Origin: a virus
DNA length: 64,000 bases
IMG/VR virus record: IMGVR_UViG_3300026473_000011
Coordinates: 1 to 64,000 of that record
Strand: one strand, 5' to 3'
The position numbers and the translations under genes are program-made. This document shows positions 41,184 through 51,018 of this stretch, piece after piece (the first letter of the stretch is position 1; each line of letters starts with the position of its first letter). The notes under the pieces were generated by a model. That model saw only the letters and a list, made by a program, of their open reading frames with translations, was not told the origin of the DNA and did no database searches.

Positions 41184-44100
41184 TCGAATACAGCACCATC
41201 GCCGAATCGAAACACTTCATCGTCCTGGACAAATACACACAGGAATGGAAAGTCGCAGAAAGTTACCAGAGCGAAAGCGATCTAGAGCGGGAATTTGTTC
41301 AAGATCTGGTCAATCAGGGTTACGAGTATCTACCCGGCCTCAATACGCCTGAGTCCCTGCTTGCAAATGTACGCGTGCAGCTGCAAACGCTCAACAACAT
41401 GCAGTTTGCAGATGGCGAGTGGTTGCGTTTTGTCGAGACCTGGTTGGACAAGCCTAGTGATGGCATCGTTGAGAAAACCCGCAAGATTCACGACGACTAT
41501 ATCCACGACTTCGTCTTTGACGATGGGCGCATCCAGAACATCTACCTGCTGGATAAGAAGAACATCGCCCGCAACAAGGTGCAGGTGATCAAACAGTTCG
41601 AGCAGACTGGCAGTCACGCCAATCGCTATGACGTGACGATTCTGGTGAATGGCCTGCCGCTGGTTCAAGTGGAGCTAAAAAAGCGCGGCGTCGCGATTCG
41701 TGAGGCTTTTAACCAGGTGCACCGGTACAGCAAGGAGAGCTTTAACAGCGAGCATTCTTTGTTCAAGTATCTGCAGCTTTTTGTGATCTCCAACGGTACC
41801 GACAGCCGCTACTTCGCCAACACCACGGCACGCAACAAGAACAGCTTCGACTTCACCATGAACTGGGCGAAGGCGGACAACAGCCTGATCAAGGATCTGA
41901 AAGACTTTACCGCCACCTTCTTCCAGAAGCACACCCTGCTTAATGTGCTGCTGCATTACTCGGTGTTTGATGTCAGCAACACGCTGCTGGTGATGCGCCC
42001 GTACCAGATTGCCGCCACGGAGCGCATTCTGTGGAAAATCAACAGCGCGTATCAAGCCAAGAACTGGAGTCAGCTTGAGGGTGGTGGCTTCATCTGGCAC
42101 ACCACCGGTTCGGGCAAAACCCTGACCAGTTTCAAGGCGGCGCGTTTGACCACGGAGCTGGACTTCATTGACAAGGTGTTTTTCGTGGTGGACCGCAAGG
42201 ATCTGGATTACCAGACCATGAAGGAATACCAGCGCTTTTCACCCGACAGCGTGAATGGCTCGGACAGCACCTCCGGGTTGAAACGCAATCTGGAGAAGGA
42301 CGACAACAAAATCGTCGTCACCACCATCCAGAAGCTCAACAACCTGATGAAGAGCGAAACCGACTTGCCGATCTACGGCAAGCAGGTGGTGTTCATTTTT
42401 GATGAATGTCACCGCAGCCAGTTTGGTGAAGCCCAGAAGAACCTGAAGAAGAAGTTCAAGAAGTTCTATCAGTTTGGCTTTACCGGCACGCCGATCTTCC
42501 CGGAAAACGCCTTGGGCGCAGAAACCACTGCCAGCGTGTTTGGCCGCGAATTGCATTCTTATGTGATTACCGATGCGATCCGTGATGAAAAGGTGCTGAA
42601 GTTCAAGGTGGATTACAACGATGTGCGCCCGCAGTTCAAGGCCATTGAAACCGAGCAGGATGAGAAGAAACTCAGCGCGGCGGAAAACAAGCAGGCTTTG
42701 CTGCACCCGGACCGTATCCGCGAGATCACGCAGTACATCCTGAACAACTTCCGCCAGAAAACCCACCGTCTGCAAGCGGGCAATAAAGGCTTTAATGCCA
42801 TGTTCGCGGTCAGCAGCGTGGACGCAGCCAAGCTGTATTACGAGTCGTTCCGGGATCTGCAGAAAGGTAGCCAAACGACACAGCGGCCATTGCGAGTGGC
42901 CACCATCTTCTCGTTTGCGGCCAACGAGGAACAGGATGCGGTCGGCGACATTCAGGACGAAAGTTTTGATGTCTCGGCCATGAACAGTAGCGCCAAAGAG
43001 TTTTTGAGCGCAGCCATCGCGGACTACAACGCGCTGTTCAAAACCAACTTCAGCGTGGACAGCAACGGTTTCCAGAACTATTACCGCGATCTGGCCAAGC
43101 AGGTCAAAGCCAAGGAAATCGACCTGCTAATTGTGGTAGGCATGTTCCTGACCGGCTTTGACGCCCCCACGCTGAATACCTTGTTCGTGGACAAAAACTT
43201 GCGCTACCACGGGCTTATGCAGGCTTACTCGCGTACCAATCGCATTTTTGACGCCACCAAAACCTTTGGCAATATTGTCACCTTCCGCGATCTGGAGCAG
43301 GCGACAGTCGACGCCATTACCCTGTTCGGTGACACCAATACCAAGAATGTGGTGTTGGAGAAGAGTTACAAGGAGTACATGGAAGGCTTTACCGATGCGG
43401 CCACCGGCGAGGCGCGGCGGGGATTTTTAGAGGTGGTAAAGGAACTTGAGCAGCGTTTTCCTGACCCTGCAGCCATTGAAAAAGAGGCAGACAAAAAAGC
43501 CTTTGCGAAACTGTTTGGCGAATATTTGCGCGTTGAGAATGTGCTGCAAAACTACGATGAATTCGCCAGCCTGAAAGCCTTGCAAAGCATCGATTTGACC
43601 GATCCAGCGGCGGTGGAAGCGTTCAAGGCCAAACACTATTTGAGCGATGACGATCTGACATCACTGCAAGCTATAACGCTCCCTGCTGAGCGGAAAATTC
43701 AGGATTACCGCTCGACTTACAACGATGTGCGCGACTGGCAACGCCGTGAAAAAGCAGGGACTGAGAAGGATAAATCTGCTATCGATTGGGATGATGTGGT
43801 CTTTGAAGTGGACCTGCTTAAGTCACAGGAAATCAATCTGGACTACATCCTTGAACTGATCTTCGAACACAACAAAAAGATCAAGAGCAAGTCGGACCTG
43901 GTGGATGAAGTACGCCGGGTGATTCGTGCAAGCCTGGGTAATCGTGCCAAAGAGAGCTTGCTGGTCGACTTCATCAATCAGACTGATCTGGACCAGATTG
44001 GCGACAAGGCCAGCGTGATCGATGCCTTCTTCACCTTTGCGCAAGCGGAGCAGCAGCGTGAGGCGCAAGAGCTAATCAGTGCGGAGAACTTGAATGATGA

Positions 44101-44287
44101 GGCGGCACGTCGCTATATCGCTACTTCACTCAAGAGAGAGTTTGCCAGCGATAGCGGCACGGAACTGAACGCCGTGTTGCCCAAGATGAGCCCACTGAAC
44201 CCGCAATACCTTACGAAGAAGCAGAGCGTGTTCCAGAAAATCGCCGCTTTTGTGGAAAAGTTTAAAGGCGTGGGTGGGAATGTCTAA
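41180..44287 (+). CDS. hsdR: Type I R-M endonuclease subunit R
   Basis: RYDV...VELK nuclease motif; HTTGSGKT; DECH; QAYSRTNR. Confidence 0.97.
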   Translation: MIEYSTIAESKHFIVLDKYTQEWKVAESYQSESDLEREFVQDLVNQGYEYLPGLNTPESLLANVRVQLQTLNNMQFADGEWLRFVETWLDKPSDGIVEKTRKIHDDYIHDFVFDDGRIQNIYLLDKKNIARNKVQVIKQFEQTGSHANRYDVTILVNGLPLVQVELKKRGVAIREAFNQVHRYSKESFNSEHSLFKYLQLFVISNGTDSRYFANTTARNKNSFDFTMNWAKADNSLIKDLKDFTATFFQKHTLLNVLLHYSVFDVSNTLLVMRPYQIAATERILWKINSAYQAKNWSQLEGGGFIWHTTGSGKTLTSFKAARLTTELDFIDKVFFVVDRKDLDYQTMKEYQRFSPDSVNGSDSTSGLKRNLEKDDNKIVVTTIQKLNNLMKSETDLPIYGKQVVFIFDECHRSQFGEAQKNLKKKFKKFYQFGFTGTPIFPENALGAETTASVFGRELHSYVITDAIRDEKVLKFKVDYNDVRPQFKAIETEQDEKKLSAAENKQALLHPDRIREITQYILNNFRQKTHRLQAGNKGFNAMFAVSSVDAAKLYYESFRDLQKGSQTTQRPLRVATIFSFAANEEQDAVGDIQDESFDVSAMNSSAKEFLSAAIADYNALFKTNFSVDSNGFQNYYRDLAKQVKAKEIDLLIVVGMFLTGFDAPTLNTLFVDKNLRYHGLMQAYSRTNRIFDATKTFGNIVTFRDLEQATVDAITLFGDTNTKNVVLEKSYKEYMEGFTDAATGEARRGFLEVVKELEQRFPDPAAIEKEADKKAFAKLFGEYLRVENVLQNYDEFASLKALQSIDLTDPAAVEAFKAKHYLSDDDLTSLQAITLPAERKIQDYRSTYNDVRDWQRREKAGTEKDKSAIDWDDVVFEVDLLKSQEINLDYILELIFEHNKKIKSKSDLVDEVRRVIRASLGNRAKESLLVDFINQTDLDQIGDKASVIDAFFTFAQAEQQREAQELISAENLNDEAARRYIATSLKREFASDSGTELNAVLPKMSPLNPQYLTKKQSVFQKIAAFVEKFKGVGGNV

Positions 44288-44308
44288 AAGGCTTCAAGGG
44301 GAATTTTT

Positions 44309-45250
44309 ATGACATTGAATTTAGCGCAAACCGTACTTAGCTACTTGAAGGCTCGGCCGGATGAGAAGTTGACTGCCCGGCAGATTGCCGAGTGGATTTT
44401 TGCCACGTTCCCAGAGGAATGCCAAGCGAAGAAACAGAGCAGCCAGTTCGTGACCACTGACGCTGAGCTGGTGCAACAGCTGGTCGCAGAAATTAGCTCG
44501 CAGCGTCCGCGTTTGCAAAGACGACACCCAGAGTTGAAGACGACCGAGGGTCGACCGCGCAAATACTATTACTCGGAAAAATCTGACATTGCCGAAGTCG
44601 CGGCGGCTGAGAGCGTAATTGCAGCCTCAACGGCTGAGAGTGGTGATGTCAAGCTCGGTGAACATTCCTTGTACCCCTTACTATCGTCATACATGTGGGA
44701 AGAGTTCGGTATCTATTCGAAGCGCATCGACGAAAAGCGATCGTCGAATAAAAGAGGGCCCAATGGCAACCGTTGGCTCTACCCGGACGTGGTCGGAATG
44801 GAAGATTTGGGCGCTGATTGGCATCAAGAGGTCCGAGATTGCGTGAATCAATATTCCGATAAGCGCACCAAGCTGTGGTCGTTCGAGGCCAAGCTGTTGA
44901 TTAACCGATCGAATGTTCGCGAATGCTTCTTTCAGGCTGTTTCCAACTCGTCATGGGCCAATTTCGGCTATCTTGTCGCAGCGGAAATTGAAGGCCAGGA
45001 CACGCTCAAAGAATTGCGAATGCTGTTCGCAGCGCATGGTATCGGCCTGATCAAATTAGATGCTGACAACCCGACTGAAAGTCAGGTGCTGATTCCAGCC
45101 CGTGAAAAGGACGAGATCGATTGGGACATGGCCAACCGCCTGGCAACAGAAAATCGGGATTTTCTGAAATACGTGACGCTGGTAAAACAGTTCTACCAGA
45201 CCGGTGAGGCGCGCCCGGCGGATTGGGACGTTCCGGAAATGAAGGACTGA
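44309..45250 (+). CDS. HrgA-like (COG2958) wHTH + PD-(D/E)XK protein
   Basis: NRWLYPDVVG...SFEAK...FFQAVSNSSWANFGYLV. Confidence 0.8.
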   Translation: MTLNLAQTVLSYLKARPDEKLTARQIAEWIFATFPEECQAKKQSSQFVTTDAELVQQLVAEISSQRPRLQRRHPELKTTEGRPRKYYYSEKSDIAEVAAAESVIAASTAESGDVKLGEHSLYPLLSSYMWEEFGIYSKRIDEKRSSNKRGPNGNRWLYPDVVGMEDLGADWHQEVRDCVNQYSDKRTKLWSFEAKLLINRSNVRECFFQAVSNSSWANFGYLVAAEIEGQDTLKELRMLFAAHGIGLIKLDADNPTESQVLIPAREKDEIDWDMANRLATENRDFLKYVTLVKQFYQTGEARPADWDVPEMKD

Positions 45251-45254
45251 CGGA

Positions 45255-45545
45255 CTATTCCAAATGGCCGATTACGTCGAGACGTTGGTCACCGCGCTGA
45301 AATACGCCGAACCATGCATCGCGCGAGTCAGCATGCACGCGACCAAGCAACAACGCGAATCCCTCGCTGTCGCACCCCTTCGAGGTGGCAAAGTCGGTTG
45401 TATCGAATTTAGCTTCGCGCACCTGCGTCGTGGCCACAGACTTCATGGCCGATTCGAATAAGTTGAGCAATTTTTCTTTCAGATCGACATCGATGTTGCG
45501 AGCGATGACGTCGTCGATGATGGCACTCTTGAATCTGTAGCTCAT
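45255..45545 (-). CDS. Hypothetical protein (96 aa)
   Basis: AAGGAG RBS. Confidence 0.55.
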   Translation of the reverse strand: MSYRFKSAIIDDVIARNIDVDLKEKLLNLFESAMKSVATTQVREAKFDTTDFATSKGCDSEGFALLLGRVHADSRDAWFGVFQRGDQRLDVIGHLE

Positions 45546-45656
45546 TTCATACTCCTTTAATCGTGCTGACATGAACGCTCTTTTGCACGCCAACACCAAG
45601 TTCTTCAGAAGACTCTAGGATCAGGTGTTGCTTCGTCGCCAATAGTTCTCCGTAAT

Positions 45657-46154
45657 TTATTGAAGAGTTTTTGACTCGCGCTCATACCACCGCTGAATTT
45701 CAATGAGCATCAACGTAGTCTGCGCAGCATCCCTGCTCAGTTGCTCGCAGCTCACTTCTCCCGCATCTCCTGAGGGAGCAGGTAGAGGGTCGGAGCGGGC
45801 TGGAGCAACTCCGGCGGGAGCTTCGGGAACGGCGGACAGATCCCTGCCACCGGATGAGGGGATGTTGCACACCCCGCCAGCGCGACTGTCAGGCTGGCGA
45901 TCAGCCAGCAGCTTTGACCTTTTTGTGTATTCATTTGAGATTTCCTGCGTGATTTGAGATTGGGTCAGCCGCACATCGGCTACGTGCTGCTCTTGCATGG
46001 CCTGGGCCTGCGCGATCTTTTGCTTCTCGGCATCCCAAGCTTTCTGGACACGGGACTCCCCCATCTGCACTCCGCACAACAACGCCATGAGCAGCAGGAG
46101 TGCTTCCAGGATGTGCGACCAGTTGGCCAGCAAGAATCGGGGGAGCCAGTTCAT
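45657..46154 (-). CDS. Rz-like inner-membrane spanin
   Basis: N-terminal TM segment then a coiled coil; follows the endolysin. Confidence 0.8.
   Translation of the reverse strand: MNWLPRFLLANWSHILEALLLLMALLCGVQMGESRVQKAWDAEKQKIAQAQAMQEQHVADVRLTQSQITQEISNEYTKRSKLLADRQPDSRAGGVCNIPSSGGRDLSAVPEAPAGVAPARSDPLPAPSGDAGEVSCEQLSRDAAQTTLMLIEIQRWYERESKTLQ
45752..45934 (-). CDS. Rz1-like outer-membrane lipoprotein spanin embedded in Rz
   Basis: Lipobox LAGC; Pro-rich CPPFPKLPPELLQPAP; alternative reading frame. Confidence 0.8.
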   Translation of the reverse strand: MNTQKGQSCWLIASLTVALAGCATSPHPVAGICPPFPKLPPELLQPAPTLYLLPQEMREK

Positions 46155-46615
46155 GCAGTGCCTCCGTCCAAGTCCAGCAGGTTGTGCTGCTTGATCAGGC
46201 CAACGACCTTGTCCGCATATGCGGGGTCGGTCGCATAACCCGCCTGCGCCAGTGCCTTGGCAAAACCCTGGGCCGTGGTGCAAGCAAAGCAGGCCTTGTA
46301 GCGGGGGTTGCGCTTGAGGAACGCGGCGTGGTCATCGATGCTGGCCTGCCAGCTTGGGTACTTGCGCCAGAGAGCTGGCACCACCACCCACTGCCCTTTG
46401 ATGAACTCCTTGGTATTCAGGGTCAGGGTCTGGCCGCGCCAGAGGCTGTCCGCTTTGATCCCAAAGAGGTTGTTGCCATTCTTAGCCAATCCAGACTCCC
46501 CCCAGGCGGACTCAAGGGCGGCCTGTGCGATCGTGATGCTGGCGGGAACACCCGTGGCTTTGGCTGACGCGATGGCGGCCGTGGTGAGCCGCATGATGAA
46601 TTCACTGGGATTCAC
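46151..46615 (-). CDS. Endolysin, glucosaminidase (GH73/FlgJ-like)
   Basis: AQAALESAWG, NNLFGIKA, GYATDPAY. Confidence 0.93.
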   Translation of the reverse strand: MNPSEFIMRLTTAAIASAKATGVPASITIAQAALESAWGESGLAKNGNNLFGIKADSLWRGQTLTLNTKEFIKGQWVVVPALWRKYPSWQASIDDHAAFLKRNPRYKACFACTTAQGFAKALAQAGYATDPAYADKVVGLIKQHNLLDLDGGTA

Positions 46616-46995
46616 AGCATCTCCTTCACGTCCTTGGCCACCTCGTCAATGGAGTCGTCGCGGCGCTTGTCAATGAAGGCAAAAGTCCAACGCACCATAG
46701 CCCACCCAGGCAGGCCACAGGCAAAGATCAACCCACCCAGGGCGCACAGCCCCATGGTTGAGAAGGCCCAGTGGTGCAGTCCGAAATGCTCGACGGTAAT
46801 GGCGCCGCCACCAATGCTGGACACCACGGTACTGATCAGGCCCACGGCCCACTCCCGTTTGTTGCGTGGCGGGGTCATCAGCATGACCACCACCGCAGCC
46901 AAGGTGGCTCCACTGGCGGCTGCGGCTGCAGTTCCACCCAAGGCCTTATAGGCCACCGCTGCTCCGGCGACCCCGCTGCTTGTCGGTTCTGGCAT
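46612..46995 (-). CDS. Holin
   Basis: MPEPTSSG; 2-3 hydrophobic segments and a charged C-terminus; upstream of the endolysin. Confidence 0.8.
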   Translation of the reverse strand: MPEPTSSGVAGAAVAYKALGGTAAAAASGATLAAVVVMLMTPPRNKREWAVGLISTVVSSIGGGAITVEHFGLHHWAFSTMGLCALGGLIFACGLPGWAMVRWTFAFIDKRRDDSIDEVAKDVKEML

Positions 46996-47005
46996 TCGTT
47001 TCTCC

Positions 47006-47038
47006 AAAAGAAAAGCCGCCAGGGCGAACCATGGCGGC
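47006..47038 (-). terminator. Terminator-like hairpin between the radical SAM gene and the holin
   Basis: GCCGCCA-N10-TGGCGGC followed by TTTTCTTTT on the minus strand. Confidence 0.6.
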
Positions 47039-47075
47039 AAAGAACAAGAAATTGATATGGATTGGTGAGTCAGGC

Positions 47076-48497
47076 CTATGCGGCAACGACTTCAATCGGA
47101 AACGTTTTTCGTTTGTGCAACGTCGGGACAACTGTCTCCATGTCACCCCCCGTTTCTACGAAATCCAGACTGATGACCTCCAAACCGGGATGCCTGCTTC
47201 CTCGGATGGCATCTGCCTCAATTCGCGTCAGGATCAGGCCCTGGGTCTGGTAATACAGCGCAGCAGCCATGACCGCCAGGTTGTGCGAGAACGAGTTGTC
47301 ACAAGCGTGGCTCCAATAGTCGCCCTCAAGGAACAGACAGGCACCCTTGCACAACTGCACCACAGGGCAGCTTGGACATTCATGGCGCGTGCTGAAGTGG
47401 TAGGCCGTGTTGAGTGCAATGTCGTCAAACAGTTCAACATGCCCGATCCTGTGCTTCGTCGAGGCACTCATGTTCTGGCATGTCATGACATTGCCCTTCA
47501 TGTCCACCGCGATCGAATCATCCCGGTCCATACCGCATTTCTGGCCCAGGGAAGCCAGCGGTCTGGACTGGGCTTGCGCGCGCATGAATTCATCGACCTT
47601 GTCGCGCATCGTCCCCACAGCCATGCCCGAGCCGGTCACCAGCTCCCAGAACATCTGGTGGCGATAACGGTCGTGATCTGCCCCTTCCAGAGACAGCGAC
47701 ATGCCCCCCTGGTCATAAGGCAGCATCACCTCTTCGGTGGCCAGCACAATGGCCTGAACTGGCAGGTCAAGCTTTTCAGCGAAGAAATGCCGAACGGCCT
47801 TGAGGGACTGGTTGTGCCGGTGCAGCACTGTGTTGAAGCTCATCCGGTCCAGTGGCATTCGCCGGGACACCCAGCGCTTGATTTGGGCCAGCTTCTCGGG
47901 GTCTTCCAGCGGATCTGGCCCTCGGAAGGACTGCGCAGGGCCGTCATGTGACAGGCCGATCCCGATGTCCAGCGCCTCCACCCAGGCCAGCTTTTCATCA
48001 TCAAAGAGCGAGCCGTTGGTCACGATGGACAACTGCGCATTGGGGTAACGCACCTTGACGGCTTCACCCAGTGGCTTGAGCAGCTTCCAGTACACAAAGG
48101 GCTCGCCACCCCAGAACTCAATCTTTACATCTGCGCCCTGCCCGTCCGTGCCTCCGGCAAACCAGCCTTCAAGCTGCTGCATGAATGGAGCGACATCTTC
48201 AGGGTGACCGTCGATGTCATGGGGTTGGTGGGCCTGAGAGCAGTACTGACAGGTGTAGTTGCACTTGAGGCCCAGCTGCAGTTTCAGGTGCCGGATGGCT
48301 CTCGATTTCCCTGTAGGATTGCTCGGGTGATGTACATGCCAGAACGGCTGCCATTGCATGTCCTGCTGCTTGGGGAACGCCTGCGGGAGGGGCAAAGCCT
48401 CCCCACTGTTTTTCCACACCAAGCTGGAATAGTTGGGATCGTAGAGAGCTTGCCGTTCAAAGCCATTGCGCCCATTGAGAGTGAGCGTGAATGTCAT
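47076..48497 (-). CDS. Radical SAM/SPASM domain protein
   Basis: CNYTCQYC (CxxxCxxC), FWGGEP, TNG, SHDGP; SPASM KCG...GNVMTC...CPSCPVVQLCKGAC...C. Confidence 0.93.
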   Translation of the reverse strand: MTFTLTLNGRNGFERQALYDPNYSSLVWKNSGEALPLPQAFPKQQDMQWQPFWHVHHPSNPTGKSRAIRHLKLQLGLKCNYTCQYCSQAHQPHDIDGHPEDVAPFMQQLEGWFAGGTDGQGADVKIEFWGGEPFVYWKLLKPLGEAVKVRYPNAQLSIVTNGSLFDDEKLAWVEALDIGIGLSHDGPAQSFRGPDPLEDPEKLAQIKRWVSRRMPLDRMSFNTVLHRHNQSLKAVRHFFAEKLDLPVQAIVLATEEVMLPYDQGGMSLSLEGADHDRYRHQMFWELVTGSGMAVGTMRDKVDEFMRAQAQSRPLASLGQKCGMDRDDSIAVDMKGNVMTCQNMSASTKHRIGHVELFDDIALNTAYHFSTRHECPSCPVVQLCKGACLFLEGDYWSHACDNSFSHNLAVMAAALYYQTQGLILTRIEADAIRGSRHPGLEVISLDFVETGGDMETVVPTLHKRKTFPIEVVAA

Positions 48498-48703
48498 GGC
48501 GTGGGCTCCTCAAACGCGATGGGATAGGCCTCACGGCAGACCTGGGACGGGTCAACGCCGGGCATCGTTGCCAGATTGAATGTGTGACGACCTGAGGCTT
48601 TCCCCTCAGAATTAGTGACCAATACGGTCATCACCAGGCTCGACGCATCGACCTGTACGACCTTGACCTCGTAGCCCGGTCGGGTTTGAAGATTGAGATT
48701 CAT
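48494..48703 (-). CDS. Small hypothetical protein (69 aa)
   Basis: ATGA overlaps on both sides. Confidence 0.7.
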   Translation of the reverse strand: MNLNLQTRPGYEVKVVQVDASSLVMTVLVTNSEGKASGRHTFNLATMPGVDPSQVCREAYPIAFEEPTP

Positions 48704-49413
48704 TGATTTGACTCCATGGGATGGACTTGGGCGTGCGCCCGGATCTGTTCGGCTGACCAGGTTTGGTCACCGCCAGAGTCGTCACGGTGGGTGAAGCGGA
48801 CATTGGTAACGATGGCGACCTTGTCGCTTGCGGGATCGAACAGCGGAAACGTGGAATGCTCCAGATAACCCGGAAAAATGAACAACGCCCCTGGAAGGGG
48901 CGTCTGTGCGAAGAGCTTGTTTTCGTGCCGGAGCATCCAGTTGGCCTGCACTGGTCTGGGGTCGTGAAAACACAGGGCGCCAGGCATTCCGACTTCATTG
49001 CGTCCCTCTGTTGGACCTAGATGAACCCGGGGGTAATAAGTGGCCACCAATTGGTTGCCGACATGTCGGTGCGGGATGGCCCACTTTCCCAAACCGCGCT
49101 GGCGGTTCACGAAGGTGTTGTAGGTCATGGCCAGATCAGAAGGCTCTAGCGAGGGATACGCTTGCCGTACATAGCTGGCGACTCTGTCCTCGATGCAGGC
49201 CAGCAATCGCAGTAGTTCTGCACTGGGCTGCTCGCGCATCATCGACACCGTGTCAGCACGATGTGAAAGCTTCGCAGCGTTCTGGGTGTGGCGCTCGTAA
49301 AAACGCTCGGCTTGCTGCGTCAACGACTCGCGCACATCCTCAAGCTCATCAAGCTGATCGATCAGAACGTGGCTGGGCCACAGGCTCAGCAACCGGGGTG
49401 AAGGGGGTGTCAT
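48700..49413 (-). CDS. Putative Fe(II)/2OG oxygenase (TIGR02466-like)
   Basis: PHRH...TYYP...GALCFHDPR...PGALFIFPGYLEHS. Confidence 0.82.
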   Translation of the reverse strand: MTPPSPRLLSLWPSHVLIDQLDELEDVRESLTQQAERFYERHTQNAAKLSHRADTVSMMREQPSAELLRLLACIEDRVASYVRQAYPSLEPSDLAMTYNTFVNRQRGLGKWAIPHRHVGNQLVATYYPRVHLGPTEGRNEVGMPGALCFHDPRPVQANWMLRHENKLFAQTPLPGALFIFPGYLEHSTFPLFDPASDKVAIVTNVRFTHRDDSGGDQTWSAEQIRAHAQVHPMESNQ

Positions 49414-50204
49414 CGTGTCAGATCTCCATCAAGAATCATCTGTACTGGGTGTTTGCGGCCATAGAACCGGTTCGGTCGGTAGGTTCTGCTGGGGTGGTCA
49501 AACTCGATCCAAGGCCAGACACTGAAATGCATGCTGCAGCGGCTTCCCATCCAGGAGTCCCGATTGACCAGCGTGTGTTCGTAACCCGAGCAGTTCATCC
49601 ACAGGCATTCACCGAGGTTGAATTTCAGATCACCTACGCCATCGATGGACAAGGCCACACCGGACGATACCGCCAGACAGATGTCCAGCCGGATCTCCTC
49701 GAAGACCGAGGTATCCCGGTGTGGATGAACCAGGGCCTCATCGCGTGGGTTGGGCGGGACCAGAACCGTCAGACGCCCGGAGCCAACCGTGAGCGTGAAC
49801 TGATCAAGCATTGCTCCGATCTCCAGGTAACACCCGACAGGCGAGCGATGCACAAATGCCAGATGGTCTGCACCGCTAAAGCGGCCTGGGTTTTTACAAA
49901 GATAGGGGTCCATTGCGGTCACGGGCTGCCCCGTATGCGCCAGAGACAGATTGCGGAAATAACCTGGACTGGCCTCACTGACCTGAGTCTCCCAGACCTG
50001 CGAATCGAAGCGATCGAACGCCATAGCAAAAGCTTGCTCTAGCCGACTGGGAACCTCGACGCCAGGCACAGCTCGGATCGCCACGAGCTGGTCCAGCGCA
50101 GAGTCGGATACCGCCGCTACGGCTGATTCAAAGTCTGTCTCTTGCCGCAAGTACGCGGCCACCGTCATGTGATTGGGGATGCTGTCTGCATGTACCTCCC
50201 ACAT
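49410..50204 (-). CDS. Putative Fe(II)/2OG oxygenase, Asp/Asn beta-hydroxylase-like
   Basis: HxD...H triad: VHPHRD...IRLDI...GECLWMN...EHTLVN...R. Confidence 0.62.
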   Translation of the reverse strand: MWEVHADSIPNHMTVAAYLRQETDFESAVAAVSDSALDQLVAIRAVPGVEVPSRLEQAFAMAFDRFDSQVWETQVSEASPGYFRNLSLAHTGQPVTAMDPYLCKNPGRFSGADHLAFVHRSPVGCYLEIGAMLDQFTLTVGSGRLTVLVPPNPRDEALVHPHRDTSVFEEIRLDICLAVSSGVALSIDGVGDLKFNLGECLWMNCSGYEHTLVNRDSWMGSRCSMHFSVWPWIEFDHPSRTYRPNRFYGRKHPVQMILDGDLTR

Positions 50205-51007
50205 CAGCTCACCTCTACCGAGGCACTGACCTTGTGGCTGAAATACTTGAATCCGACCTTGATCAGCCCACGGTCCTGAGCCGACAGGCCAAGGGCCATC
50301 CAATTGAAGTGCGCCTCGCCATCAACGAGGGCCACCTTGGTCTTGGGCAGAAATCCTGCTTCACATTCAAGGTAAAGGACGCCACTGCGTGTCTCAACCG
50401 CAGGCATGCCATTGGTCTCGTAGACCGGCTGGATCAGACGCACGCTACAGGGAACGGTTGCCCCAGCTGCACAAGTGACAGGCACATCCAGTTCGAGGGA
50501 TGGGAGAACTGCGTTGTAGAGCGAGACCCGCGAGCGCACTTCCACGAACTCGGCAAAGCCCTCTGGCGACATAGATTCGGGTGAATAGACAAGTACCGCC
50601 ACTTCCTCAATTGGGCTGTCCTCAAAGGGCACAAAAAACAGCACCGTACGCGGATGCAGCGGTCGCCCCAACAGGAACGGATTCTTGTGCAGGTTTGTCT
50701 GCGGGAACACCGAGTGCAAATGACCCAGATCGTCCCAGCCAAACCGAGCTTCAAGGGCCCAGTTGGTGTGGATGCCCCAGTGCTTGCCTAGGTCGGTGTG
50801 TGACTTGATGGCTTGCGGATCGAAAACAAAGGGGCGTGAGCCATATTCCTTTTCGTGGGTCTCCGGGTGAATTCGCCACGGTGTCACGGTGATCGTCTGA
50901 GCCTGCACATCGCGCTCGACACGGTAACTCACCGGAAAAGCGCCAAACGATTCGGCCGGCGACGGGATATTGAACAGCCGTCCGCCAACGGTGCTGCTGT
51001 CAGTCAT
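50204..51007 (-). CDS. Hypothetical fibre-associated protein (267 aa, beta-rich C-terminus)
   Basis: AAAGGA RBS before ATG 51007, 11 bp after the fibre stop; TGATG overlap downstream. Confidence 0.75.
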   Translation of the reverse strand: MTDSSTVGGRLFNIPSPAESFGAFPVSYRVERDVQAQTITVTPWRIHPETHEKEYGSRPFVFDPQAIKSHTDLGKHWGIHTNWALEARFGWDDLGHLHSVFPQTNLHKNPFLLGRPLHPRTVLFFVPFEDSPIEEVAVLVYSPESMSPEGFAEFVEVRSRVSLYNAVLPSLELDVPVTCAAGATVPCSVRLIQPVYETNGMPAVETRSGVLYLECEAGFLPKTKVALVDGEAHFNWMALGLSAQDRGLIKVGFKYFSHKVSASVEVS

Positions 51008-51018
51008 GGTGATTCCTT

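Noticed and set aside
47076-48497. Radical SAM as an anaerobic sulfatase maturase or DNA-modification (QueE-like) enzyme
   Set aside because: No sulfatase or que/dpd genes are nearby, and the full SPASM domain and tail-operon position favour a protein substrate; not formally excluded.
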